From IMG/VR virus record IMGVR_UViG_3300044635_002180, positions 1 through 64,000 of that record: a stretch of 64,000 bases of DNA; one strand, given 5' to 3'. Source of the stretch: a virus. Below are positions 55,237-64,000 of the stretch, piece after piece. The translations under genes were made by a program, and so were the position numbers. Positions within the stretch are counted from its first letter, which is position 1, and each line of letters opens with the position of its first letter. The notes beneath the pieces are model-generated. The model worked only from the letters and a program-made list of their open reading frames with translations, was not told the DNA's origin and searched no databases.

Positions 55237-57135
55237 TCATGCATAACCAGCTGCTAACATTTGCTGTCTTACCTGCGTAGCAGTGTATTGCAAAGGAAAT
55301 ACATTATAATCTGTTGCTTGCATGTCTTTAGTTTGTTTTTGTGCAGCAGAAGAACTAAATCCAATTGAATTTACTGTTTTTTCTATTCTCAGCAATATGT
55401 CGTTTGTAATGGTTATGGCTCTAATTTGTGCATCTGCTTTAGAATCTTGTGTCTTTTTTAAAGCTTCAAACAGACCTTTTAAGCCTTCATTATTCAATTG
55501 TGTAGCAGCTGCAACATTTGTTTTGTCATTAACCTTTAAATTAGGCGCTGTTTCAGCATCAGCAGCATTTGATGCTTGAGTTTCTTCAGTTGTTGAAAAG
55601 TAACCTTCAACTGAGTTCCACATTGATTTGGCCCATTCAACTGGTTTGGATACAATTTTCTTAACAAAAGATTTCATTGCTTCAATTTTAGTTGCAAGTG
55701 CGTTTTTGATGGTGCCGATAAAGTCAAACTTCTCAATTTCAAATTTCTCTGTTGTAATTGGTGTTGCAGCTTCTTGTTCTCCAGAGGTTATTAATGATGT
55801 TACCCATTCATACACAGATGCAGCAGCATCAAATACAGCCCCTGCAGGTGATAATATGCCTTTGCCAATTAATTTGAGACCATCAACATAGTTTCCATTC
55901 TTGATCATTCCAATGCCATCAATGATGTCATGCACACCTTTGAACAAAGGCATTTTTTTAATTTTCTCCCAAATGCTTGAAAATTTTTCGCCAATATTAT
56001 CAAAGAAATTAGCAAGCCCTAAACTTTTATTTTGAGCAGCTTTGTCTTTTTCTGTGTATGTAAAATCTCTGTACAGACTATAGAAGTCAGCAATTATGCC
56101 AAACCCTGGTATTGCACCAGCTAATTCCAACAAAGTGCCAAGGTAATCGCCCTCCTTAAATTTTTCATATGCAAAATATAAATTTATTATGTCACCCAAT
56201 CCAGGTACAAGTTTAAAAAGCTTTAGACCTTTTTTGAGTATATCACCAAACATGCCTCCTAGACTCTTCAAAAAAGTCTTTATAGCATCTGTTCCAGGTA
56301 TGCTTTTAATTAGATCTTTGCCCATATCAAAAACACCAGATAGACTTTTGAAAATTTTATCCTTTGCCTCCACCAATCCTTTTTTAATTGAATCAGGGAG
56401 AAGATCAAAAAGCGTTTCTGGCAATTTAAGAACTGTATCACCCATTGATTTAAGAGCTTTAAAACCTTTGTCAAAAACAAACGATATTAATGATGTTATT
56501 TTGCCCAATGTCTTTTTAACCATTTTTTCACCAAGCTTAACAGCTAATTTTCCTATTTGAGACAGTCCACTTCCTATGTCACTGCCAAAAGCCAGCAAAC
56601 CTCCACCAAGCAACAGACCAAGTCCACTTAGCAGAGATGCCCAATCAAATGATTGCTTGTTATCTGCTTTTTTGTTGGAAAAGACATCAACCAAGTCTTT
56701 GATAACATCTTTGTCAATGCCTGCAATATAAACCTTCTTAGCATCATCCCTCTGAGTTAGCCTGTTGATATCTTCTTGTTCTGCTTGTTGTTTTTGTGCT
56801 TCTGCAGTCTCGTCTGAAGATTTTGTCAATACATCAAGCTTATCAAACATTTTTGTGCTTGCATCTTTTTGCTCTTTGCGTTCTTTTTCTTTATCAGATT
56901 TAAAAGCATCATTGAATTTCTTGATTAAGTTGTCAATGCTCTTGTTGTCTAGTGAAACAATTTCACCTTGTCCTTTGGATTTGTTGTCATTGTCTTGCTG
57001 ATCATCCCGGCTTATGATGCTTGGTGCAGCTTCGTTAACAGCATTTTTTGACTGCTTGACATTGCTAATGTTACGCAGCTCATCTACAACTTCTTTTAGT
57101 TGCTTGATAAAATTATCCAAAAATACTTGTTCCAC
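55237..57135 (-). CDS. tape-measure-like / baseplate hub protein (gp29 position)
   Basis: Helical, Gly/Leu hydrophobic stretch, K.IPG.G repeats; GTG start 5 nt after TAAATA. Confidence 0.6.
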   Translation of the reverse strand: MEQVFLDNFIKQLKEVVDELRNISNVKQSKNAVNEAAPSIISRDDQQDNDNKSKGQGEIVSLDNKSIDNLIKKFNDAFKSDKEKERKEQKDASTKMFDKLDVLTKSSDETAEAQKQQAEQEDINRLTQRDDAKKVYIAGIDKDVIKDLVDVFSNKKADNKQSFDWASLLSGLGLLLGGGLLAFGSDIGSGLSQIGKLAVKLGEKMVKKTLGKITSLISFVFDKGFKALKSMGDTVLKLPETLFDLLPDSIKKGLVEAKDKIFKSLSGVFDMGKDLIKSIPGTDAIKTFLKSLGGMFGDILKKGLKLFKLVPGLGDIINLYFAYEKFKEGDYLGTLLELAGAIPGFGIIADFYSLYRDFTYTEKDKAAQNKSLGLANFFDNIGEKFSSIWEKIKKMPLFKGVHDIIDGIGMIKNGNYVDGLKLIGKGILSPAGAVFDAAASVYEWVTSLITSGEQEAATPITTEKFEIEKFDFIGTIKNALATKIEAMKSFVKKIVSKPVEWAKSMWNSVEGYFSTTEETQASNAADAETAPNLKVNDKTNVAAATQLNNEGLKGLFEALKKTQDSKADAQIRAITITNDILLRIEKTVNSIGFSSSAAQKQTKDMQATDYNVFPLQYTATQVRQQMLAAGYA

Positions 57136-57160
57136 TCATGTATTTATGGTTTATAAACTG

Positions 57161-57871
57161 TTAGAATAGTGGAGTCTGTATATCAAGATTTTTGCCGTTA
57201 AATGCTTGTTCAATTACATCTTTTGCTTTTGTAATAAACTTTGCAACAGCATTATTGACTGATGCAGGCATTTGTTCTGCAATCTTTACATAAGAGCCAA
57301 TGTCAGCAACATCATCAAAACACACACTTTCATTTCGGATAGTTAATTTTTTAATGTGTTTAACAATTTCCAATACAAAGTAATCAGATGCAAGCTCTGA
57401 AGCACTGCGTGATGCATTTTTGTTGCTGTTGATGAACCAATTGTTTATATCAGAATCGCGTTGCAGATCAGGCAGCTGCATCTCTACCATTATAGCTTCA
57501 CCAAATGTTGCTGTAGCTTGTTGCAACTTTTCAACATCAATTGTTTTAGCGAAGGCATTTATTTCTTGAATTTGCTCTTTTGTTTCTTCTTCCTCTGCTT
57601 TAAGATTCAACAATATAAACTCCCGATCAAATGTTGATACATCATTGCTGCTATCATCACAGCAGTTGTCTGTAATGATGCTGTTGAGTGCATTTATAAT
57701 GCGAATATTATCCAAAGGGTTGTTGTTGATGTTGCCAATGATTTTTTTCTGCTGGAGCACACTAATGGGTCTGAATTTTTTTGTTTTCTTGGCCATTGGA
57801 ACGTAGATATCAACAATGGATTCATTGTTGATTGCTTCAAGATCTTTAAAAATTGCATCAAACTTATTCAT
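57161..57871 (-). CDS. baseplate hub assembly protein (gp26-like)
   Basis: P...K..KFRP..V.QQK, D.E.I.L.L. Confidence 0.7.
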   Translation of the reverse strand: MNKFDAIFKDLEAINNESIVDIYVPMAKKTKKFRPISVLQQKKIIGNINNNPLDNIRIINALNSIITDNCCDDSSNDVSTFDREFILLNLKAEEEETKEQIQEINAFAKTIDVEKLQQATATFGEAIMVEMQLPDLQRDSDINNWFINSNKNASRSASELASDYFVLEIVKHIKKLTIRNESVCFDDVADIGSYVKIAEQMPASVNNAVAKFITKAKDVIEQAFNGKNLDIQTPLF

Positions 57872-58718
57872 GTGTATTAAGCATACTTAGTGCATTGTTG
57901 CTGTTTTTCAATGCTTCGTTTTGTTGTGCTTGCTCCTCATTATAAAATGACATGAAGAGTTTAGCATCTGCTGGAGTTAAATTATTATAATCACTGCATG
58001 ATAGATGCAGCTTTGTTAAGCAAAAGTATTTTTGTCTAAAGTAATTGAACAAATCTTCTCTAAAAATAATTTTTAATATTTCAAATATGCTTGAGTTAAA
58101 GGGGTTTATGCTGATGGCATCAAATCCTAATGAAGTTACTTGTGGTATGAAATTTATTTTAGCATATTTTTGCTGCTCTCTACCAATATAATCAGCAAGT
58201 TTACGCAAAATATTGGCATTCACAATGTTTAACAATTTATCCTTTTGTTGAGCATTGAGATCATTGAGTAACAGCCCATTTATGCCATACAGTGAATTAA
58301 TGAGTGCATTATCTGCATTTAAATGCAGCTTTGTTGGTGCATTGAACTCAAAACAAATGTTGTCAATTGTTATTGTTTGTTTTTCCACATCAACTTGATT
58401 GAGTTGATCAATTATGCTTTCCAAATCAATGTTTATAGCAGAATTTTCTGCATTTACTAGTTTTAGTGTGCTGCTGTAACTTATGCTCTTTATTTTGCAC
58501 AGTATTGCGAACTTATCTATAATTGTCAAGTGGTTGCTTGCTAAATTTTCATTAAAGATGCAGCATTTTTGTATAATGTAATCAAAATACTTTTCTATCT
58601 CCTCATTGTTATCTTCCAACAAGAATTTTTGCAAGTTTTCATGCAATTCATTGGTGATGCTCTTTACAGAAATGATTGTTTTGCAACTTGGCAATGTTAT
58701 TTTTGATGTAAATGTCAT
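57864..58718 (-). CDS. gp26-like paralogue with a gp51-like C-terminus
   Basis: LT.IDK...L..IK.IS; C-terminal S..D..NLTP.D...F. Confidence 0.55.
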   Translation of the reverse strand: MTFTSKITLPSCKTIISVKSITNELHENLQKFLLEDNNEEIEKYFDYIIQKCCIFNENLASNHLTIIDKFAILCKIKSISYSSTLKLVNAENSAINIDLESIIDQLNQVDVEKQTITIDNICFEFNAPTKLHLNADNALINSLYGINGLLLNDLNAQQKDKLLNIVNANILRKLADYIGREQQKYAKINFIPQVTSLGFDAISINPFNSSIFEILKIIFREDLFNYFRQKYFCLTKLHLSCSDYNNLTPADAKLFMSFYNEEQAQQNEALKNSNNALSMLNTHE

Positions 58719-59410
58719 GTATTATTAACATTTACACTATAATTATCAAAACACCACGTGACAGATCGCATTTCAGGTGTTCCTTGATCTTCATTATACG
58801 AATATTTTTTGCCATCCACACCAAATGGTGCGCAGTTGTAAAAATTATACACCTTTCTAATGGGCCTAAAAGCATTGTTGTCATAAGGTGCAACAGGGGT
58901 GTGCTTTTGTCGACCAAAAGATATCAATTGTATTCTAGGAACTCGTACACGCTCATTTGCATTTTGATAAGCAAAATATCCATTGTAGCTGCTAACAATT
59001 ACCCAAGGACGAATTACAAAATCAACAAAATCAGAATTTGTTTCACGAAAAGTTGTGGCAATGCTCTTGCCTGCAAATGCATCACGTGCTCCAGCAACAC
59101 CAGGCTTTGTAAAGCCACCAAAATTATAGTTTCCAGCTGGAGATATATTGTATCTATCATCTGGAAGTGTTACTGAATCTACAAAAAAACATCCAACCTC
59201 AGACGTGCTCTGCAACTGTTGCTTGGTTAAATCATCATAAGCATCAGAAACCAACCAATCATTTGTTCTTATAGCTTCAAGCTGAGCTATTTGCTGCTTT
59301 ACAGTTTGAGGAAAGCCATGTATAATTAATACCCACTGTGAATTGAGTGCTAAATTATACTCGTAACGCTCGAGTAAAGTAAGATAAGATTCTCTAGGTG
59401 ATTGTGCCAC
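58715..59410 (-). CDS. tail tube initiator-like protein (gp54/gp19 fold)
   Basis: V.LP, F.ET..., Y.F.N..P, V.W.F..Y; adjacent to the tube gene. Confidence 0.6.
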   Translation of the reverse strand: MAQSPRESYLTLLERYEYNLALNSQWVLIIHGFPQTVKQQIAQLEAIRTNDWLVSDAYDDLTKQQLQSTSEVGCFFVDSVTLPDDRYNISPAGNYNFGGFTKPGVAGARDAFAGKSIATTFRETNSDFVDFVIRPWVIVSSYNGYFAYQNANERVRVPRIQLISFGRQKHTPVAPYDNNAFRPIRKVYNFYNCAPFGVDGKKYSYNEDQGTPEMRSVTWCFDNYSVNVNNT

Positions 59411-59421
59411 CTAATTATTTA

Positions 59422-59970
59422 TTATGCTGGTGCGTTCTCTTCAAAGAAGTGATAAGATATAGTCGCATCAAAGAATACTGGCTGACCTGTACCTTCTGCC
59501 ATGTTGTATTGAATTTGACCCACTTGGCGAATACCTGTACCAACTAATTTAAATGTTGATATTGGCTCAAGAGCTTTGTTGAGCTGCACCAATGTAATGG
59601 TGTTGGCACGAGAAGCAATGTTGTAATCACCTGTGCTTGTTGCATCATCAAAAACGCGACGAGATTCAGCTAAAAACTTATTTCTAAGTTGGGAATCTGC
59701 ATCACAATAAAAATTGAGCGTATAACCTTCAGCACCAGGGTATGTTGCTACACCTGCAATGTTGAACGGCAAACCCATGAATTTAGTCTGCACATTGGTA
59801 ATGCCACGTGCAGGTAGTGTTGCTGTTCTTGCGTAAATTAATTCACTTTCATCAAAAATAGCGCCACCAGCAAATGTAATGTTGATCACACGAAAGAGGA
59901 AGTCGCGTGAAAATTCTCTTGCAAGTGCGCGATCATAAAAATTACCAATGGTTTGATTAGTCTGTGCCAT
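59422..59970 (-). CDS. tail tube protein (T4 gp19-like)
   Basis: R.FLFRV, A.LP...I, F.G....AG..Y, T..F.D, LR..F, V.QL. Confidence 0.85.
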   Translation of the reverse strand: MAQTNQTIGNFYDRALAREFSRDFLFRVINITFAGGAIFDESELIYARTATLPARGITNVQTKFMGLPFNIAGVATYPGAEGYTLNFYCDADSQLRNKFLAESRRVFDDATSTGDYNIASRANTITLVQLNKALEPISTFKLVGTGIRQVGQIQYNMAEGTGQPVFFDATISYHFFEENAPA

Positions 59971-60006
59971 GCATTTATTTATTCATCACCGATGCAAATA
60001 GTTGAT

Positions 60007-60861
60007 TTATTTTGTTGCTTGCTTAGCAATATTTTGGGCATTGCGATACATTCTCATGGCAACGCCCTTGTCTTGTGCTTTGGGTTTGCTGGCTGCAATG
60101 TAATCATCATTGTCAAGATATTCCTTTGCTGCTTGCTTGTAAAGACCTTTGTTAATCAATTCAATTGTTTTTGGTGAGCCAGACAAATCACCTCTAAAAA
60201 TACCATTGAGAATAGTAATTTTAAAATCATCACTGTATTCTTTAAACTTAGGAAATAAACGCTGAGCTATTTGCACTTTGCTGTTGATATCTACATCAAG
60301 CAAGTCATTTATTTCTTTGTCTGACAATGTTTTGCCTTTATACTTTTTTAATTCGCTTTTTGATTTAATCAAATGCCCATATCCAATGGTCCATTTGCCT
60401 TTGGTATCTTTGTATAGTCGTGATTTTTTTCCTTCATCTTGTTTGAGCATTTGTCTTGCTTTGTTGTAAAACTCCTGACTCAATTGTTTGTTGGCTGCAT
60501 TAGGAACCTGTTGTTTTTTTGCAGCTGCATCAGCATAGGATTGTTTTTCTTTTGCTGTGGGTGGCTTCGGCCTATAGTTTTTCCAAGCAGCATTAATTTT
60601 AGATGCAATGTTTTGCACCTTTGGAGCATTTTGTTGCTGCACAGCACTGTTCTCAATTTGCTCCACCTGTTCAGGCGTTTTTTGCTGTAGGATCTGCTCA
60701 ACTTTTTGTTTAATTTCATTCAATTTGGGTACAATGTAACCTACATCAACGATGCCAAGCATTAATGCAGTAGCAATCAAAGCTTTTGGCGAATTAATGA
60801 TGTTTTTTATTGATTCACTTACAAGTTGTTGTGAGCATGCTTCATTGAATGGGGACTTCAT
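60007..60861 (-). CDS. T4-type (GH24) lysozyme with an N-terminal extension/TM segment
   Basis: DEG....YKDTKG.WTIGYGH (E-x8-D-x5-T triad). Confidence 0.88.
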   Translation of the reverse strand: MKSPFNEACSQQLVSESIKNIINSPKALIATALMLGIVDVGYIVPKLNEIKQKVEQILQQKTPEQVEQIENSAVQQQNAPKVQNIASKINAAWKNYRPKPPTAKEKQSYADAAAKKQQVPNAANKQLSQEFYNKARQMLKQDEGKKSRLYKDTKGKWTIGYGHLIKSKSELKKYKGKTLSDKEINDLLDVDINSKVQIAQRLFPKFKEYSDDFKITILNGIFRGDLSGSPKTIELINKGLYKQAAKEYLDNDDYIAASKPKAQDKGVAMRMYRNAQNIAKQATK

Positions 60862-60869
60862 CTTGTTAT

Positions 60870-61313
60870 TTATGGCAAATGCTTTTCAGTGATGATGAGA
60901 AACTCATAACCAATGCTTTGTGCATACTTTTTTGCAGCTTCCCACTTGCTATTGTTGATGAGCCACGTTGCATTCTCATACAAAATGGTTGATTCCTTTT
61001 TGTTGCCATGCTTTGAAGGTGGTTTTGTTTGACATTCTGGCTTTATTTCAACCAAATATTTTTTTATTGCATCACCTTCTTTAATTACAACAACATTGTC
61101 AATGAAATACCTGTGCATTTTGCGATCAATGGGGCTCATGTATGGAACAACAACAGACTCACTACTCCATTTGAGTACATTGGGATTTTTATCACACCAC
61201 CTCATGAATCGCAACTCCATGCCTGATCTATAAAAAGGCATGCCATTGCCAATGTACTTTTGTGCATTAACAGGTTTGTAGAAATTTTGCTTGTATTGTT
61301 GCTTGGCTTTCAT
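60870..61313 (-). CDS. head completion nuclease (T4 gp4-like, TnsA fold)
   Basis: P.N..KY.G, YRS.ME..FM.WCD.N..V..W.SE, PY.SP.D...HRYF.D, EIKP, N..KW.AA. Confidence 0.92.
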   Translation of the reverse strand: MKAKQQYKQNFYKPVNAQKYIGNGMPFYRSGMELRFMRWCDKNPNVLKWSSESVVVPYMSPIDRKMHRYFIDNVVVIKEGDAIKKYLVEIKPECQTKPPSKHGNKKESTILYENATWLINNSKWEAAKKYAQSIGYEFLIITEKHLP

Positions 61314-63087
61314 TGTGTGTATTTATATACTCAAATACCATGTGTCCGCAGTCCCAGATTCTTCTCCAACCCCGCTGCATCATAATCTGCAATTCAGTTA
61401 ATTTAGCATCATAGCCCTGTTTTACAAGTTTATGTTTTTGGAAATTAGATCTGTGCATCACTGTTTTTGTATCAGTGTACCAATAAGCAGCATTTGTCGT
61501 CTTAATATGTTTAAATCCTAATGTGGTGTAAAACGAACCATCTTTGCAGTATCTTAAATCAGCATATGTTGTTACTTTTTCAACATTGTAATTTCTTAAA
61601 AAATGTTTGAACAGTTTAGATGCTCCACCAATTACAATTGTGTTGAGTTTGCAGCAAAATCTTATGAGCTCAAATGTTTTATTTCTTGTTATTTTGCGGT
61701 TACCAAACGTCATCATTGCAACCATTTCTCCGTTATGCATTAAAGCTAGGGCAATCTGCGAATTATCATTGCCTTGAATGTGATTTGCATTTAAAAAATC
61801 TTTTTTTTGCATTTTTGTTGCTATTATTACTTTGCAGTTGCGTGCATATATTCTACTCTGCAATGCATTTAATCTACTTCGCAACATTGACTTAACAATT
61901 TCTTGCTTGTTTACCCATTCATTTTCAAAAATTTGAACTAAGTGTATATTATTTTGCATGCATAGCTTGCGCTTATTCAAATGCTTACATTTATTGTGTT
62001 GCTCCTCGTCAATGTTGTTGGGAAAATTGGAACCAAAGCTATGCCACAACAACCCATGAAATTCAATGCCCACATTTTTTTGTGGTATAAACACATCAAT
62101 TTCTAATTTCTTGCTACTTGTTAAACCTTTGTAAGAATTGACAACTTCTAAACTACAATCTTGCTGCAAAAAGTTCGCTACTTCTATTTCCAGCCTTGAT
62201 GTACCTGTAGCTACATTGTTGCATTTAGCACAAAAAACATCTTTCCAACGAGCATTTGTTAAGCGACGAAGCAGTATTGATCCACAGGCATTACATTTGA
62301 GGTGATACTCCTGTTGCTGATGGCTATTTACATCATTTAAAACAGAAAAATTTTGTTGCTCAACAGCATTTTTTATAATTTTTAATTTTGCTTTGTTTTT
62401 GTGCTGTTGTGAGCTTGAAGCATTATATCCCCTCAAAAAATTACAGTACTTTGCTTTTATGCTTGCATCATAACAACAAACAGCTGGTTGAGTGTTGTGA
62501 TATAGCAAGTAGAAGCGTTCACTCCAATTAATGCTATCAATGTCTTCGTATAAAAGGTGGTGCTGTGTGTGTTGTAGTATGCTGCAGCAGACATCAACAT
62601 TTTCTTTTAATATAGCAGTGTTAATAAACGCATGCAGTCTTCCATAATTTGTCTTTATTAATCTATCCTGTATAAATTCAAAACACTCACCACACTGCTT
62701 CAATATATATTCTTTGTTTTTGTAGATGTTAATGAAGTTTTGTTTGATACTATTTTTGGAAGCTTTTAGTTTTGCTGATAATTTATGTGCGTCAACTGTT
62801 TTTAGTCTTGCCCCATTTTGCTTGCCTGATGCAATTGCAAATCTGTGCTTATTATTTAGCCATGACAGCGGCAGATTTGTTATTGGACAAATGGGTTGTT
62901 GTGTGATGTTGTTGGTGATGCAATATATGCGCGCAGCAATGCAGGCTCTATCATCTAAAAAATTTGTTGCTTTGATTATATCATTATATAGTTGTGATTT
63001 TTTGAACCACCCCTGCCTTATTACAGCAGCATTTAATTTACCACTTTTGTTGTAGAGCTGTGTCTTAATTTCGTCACATATTTGCAT
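61267..63087 (-). CDS. Hef-like homing endonuclease (Vsr/PD-(D/E)xK) with a C-terminal GNAT-like domain
   Basis: S..E.E, EIDVFIP..NVGIEFHGLLWHS, IFENEW, IYAR.C, NHIQG, GGASKL, YAD.R, IWDCG; inserted between sheath and gp4. Confidence 0.8.
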   Translation of the reverse strand: MQICDEIKTQLYNKSGKLNAAVIRQGWFKKSQLYNDIIKATNFLDDRACIAARIYCITNNITQQPICPITNLPLSWLNNKHRFAIASGKQNGARLKTVDAHKLSAKLKASKNSIKQNFINIYKNKEYILKQCGECFEFIQDRLIKTNYGRLHAFINTAILKENVDVCCSILQHTQHHLLYEDIDSINWSERFYLLYHNTQPAVCCYDASIKAKYCNFLRGYNASSSQQHKNKAKLKIIKNAVEQQNFSVLNDVNSHQQQEYHLKCNACGSILLRRLTNARWKDVFCAKCNNVATGTSRLEIEVANFLQQDCSLEVVNSYKGLTSSKKLEIDVFIPQKNVGIEFHGLLWHSFGSNFPNNIDEEQHNKCKHLNKRKLCMQNNIHLVQIFENEWVNKQEIVKSMLRSRLNALQSRIYARNCKVIIATKMQKKDFLNANHIQGNDNSQIALALMHNGEMVAMMTFGNRKITRNKTFELIRFCCKLNTIVIGGASKLFKHFLRNYNVEKVTTYADLRYCKDGSFYTTLGFKHIKTTNAAYWYTDTKTVMHRSNFQKHKLVKQGYDAKLTELQIMMQRGWRRIWDCGHMVFEYINTHNESQATIQAKFLQTC

Positions 63088-63129
63088 ATTACTATTTATC
63101 ACATATTATAAAGAAATCATAACGAAAGC

Positions 63130-63169
63130 AAAAAAAAAGGAGGAGTAGCGCAACGCTACTCCCCCTTTT
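63130..63169 (-). terminator. intrinsic terminator after the tail sheath gene
   Basis: Hairpin ggagtagcg-caa-cgctactcc with a 9-nt T tract on minus. Confidence 0.85.
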
Positions 63170-63176
63170 AAGTAGC

Positions 63177-64000
63177 TTATCGCAATATTTCTTGGAAATT
63201 AGCACTAGTGCGCGTAGCATGGAAGTTTACCAAGATGAACTCTGCGGTGCGCACTGGCTTGATATATATATCAATAACCAATTCATTTGCATCAATGACA
63301 GAGGGCGGATTATTACGGTCATCGCAAATCAACAAGTAATCATAAATGCCTTGATTGACTGTATTGGCTTTTGCAGCTTCAAATATTGGTGTTAAATCAT
63401 CCACAACACGGGTGCGTGTGTACAATGAATTTGGCTCAAACACATAATAGCGTGCAATTGCTTTGGTTTGCTTCTCAAGCAAGATGAACAATCTACGAAC
63501 ATTCACTCGATCAAAAGCACTTGGAGTGCGCTGCATGGTTTTTTGACCATAAATTACAATGCCTTCTCTTACAAATTGCGCAATTGGATTTAGATTAAAC
63601 TTATACAAGTCATCACGCTGCTTTTGATTAGGCGCAATTGCAATGTCGTCAACGCCTTGCACCAAACCACGAGTGAAACCAGCAGGTGCAGACCAATAAG
63701 CAAAGTTTCTATCAGAACGTGCATAATCTGCTGCTACAATGCCAGAGAATGGCACCCACACATTGGTTTGTGAATAAGCATCATTAACACGAGCCCAGTT
63801 TGCATATGCTGCAGCATAGCTTGTGTTAGCAAGCTCAAATTGATGGCGCAGTGGTGAGAACACGTGCTCAGACCAGCTCTTGGTTGAATCGCTGAGTGTT
63901 TTGGTGTTGTTGCCTGTTACAAGAATATGACGAATTGGATCAGCAATGAAGATGTGGTCCATTCTATCTTTTGCAAATTCAGCAAACAAGCTAAACACTG
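63177..64000 (-). CDS. tail sheath protein (T4 gp18-like), C-terminal part
   Basis: W.APAG..RG, RD.LY...NPI, GQKT....SAFDRVNVRRL, FEPN, CD..NN...ID.NEL..DIY.KP...AEFI. Confidence 0.97.
   Translation of the reverse strand, partial: VFSLFAEFAKDRMDHIFIADPIRHILVTGNNTKTLSDSTKSWSEHVFSPLRHQFELANTSYAAAYANWARVNDAYSQTNVWVPFSGIVAADYARSDRNFAYWSAPAGFTRGLVQGVDDIAIAPNQKQRDDLYKFNLNPIAQFVREGIVIYGQKTMQRTPSAFDRVNVRRLFILLEKQTKAIARYYVFEPNSLYTRTRVVDDLTPIFEAAKANTVNQGIYDYLLICDDRNNPPSVIDANELVIDIYIKPVRTAEFILVNFHATRTSANFQEILR

Noticed and set aside
1-64000. Stop-codon reassignment, as in some large phages
   Set aside because: Conserved genes are full length in code 11, and TAA, TGA and TAG all act as stops

Overview
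64 kb of a large T4-like myovirus genome (AT-rich, standard genetic code) with a diderm host; weak hints point to Verrucomicrobiota. (1) 1-16.2 kb, minus strand: accessory and host-takeover genes, including a probable tRNA running off the left edge, a DUF6915-type cluster split by a GIY-YIG homing endonuclease, an SPFH lipoprotein, an NAD+ reconstitution locus (Prs/Adps-like, nucleoside-deoxyribosyltransferase-like, Nampt/Namat-like), RNA ligase, ATP-dependent DNA ligase, a Pol-beta nucleotidyltransferase and a RadA-like ATPase. (2) 16.2-41.6 kb, plus strand: lysis cassette (holin, overlapping spanins, amidase), many small early genes with several deletion/fusion scars, a 1003-aa orphan, a three-gene rhamnose pathway with a PQ-loop transporter, and tail-fibre/adhesin genes. 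(3) 41.6-64 kb, mostly minus strand: a second adhesin cassette, baseplate, clamp loader, dUTPase, small terminase, tail tube, lysozyme, gp4, a Hef-like endonuclease and the tail sheath. Strongest sequence-level signals: about 34 promoter-like sites (sigma70-type and T4-late TAAATA) place the start codon at the predicted +1, implying largely leaderless mRNAs; an extra NDT-fold enzyme sits inside a NARP1-like NAD+ locus; core genes are extremely CpG-depleted; and one repeated module links oppositely oriented adhesin cassettes. All family calls come from motif recognition by eye, with no database search. Several starts were moved downstream of those in the ORF track.
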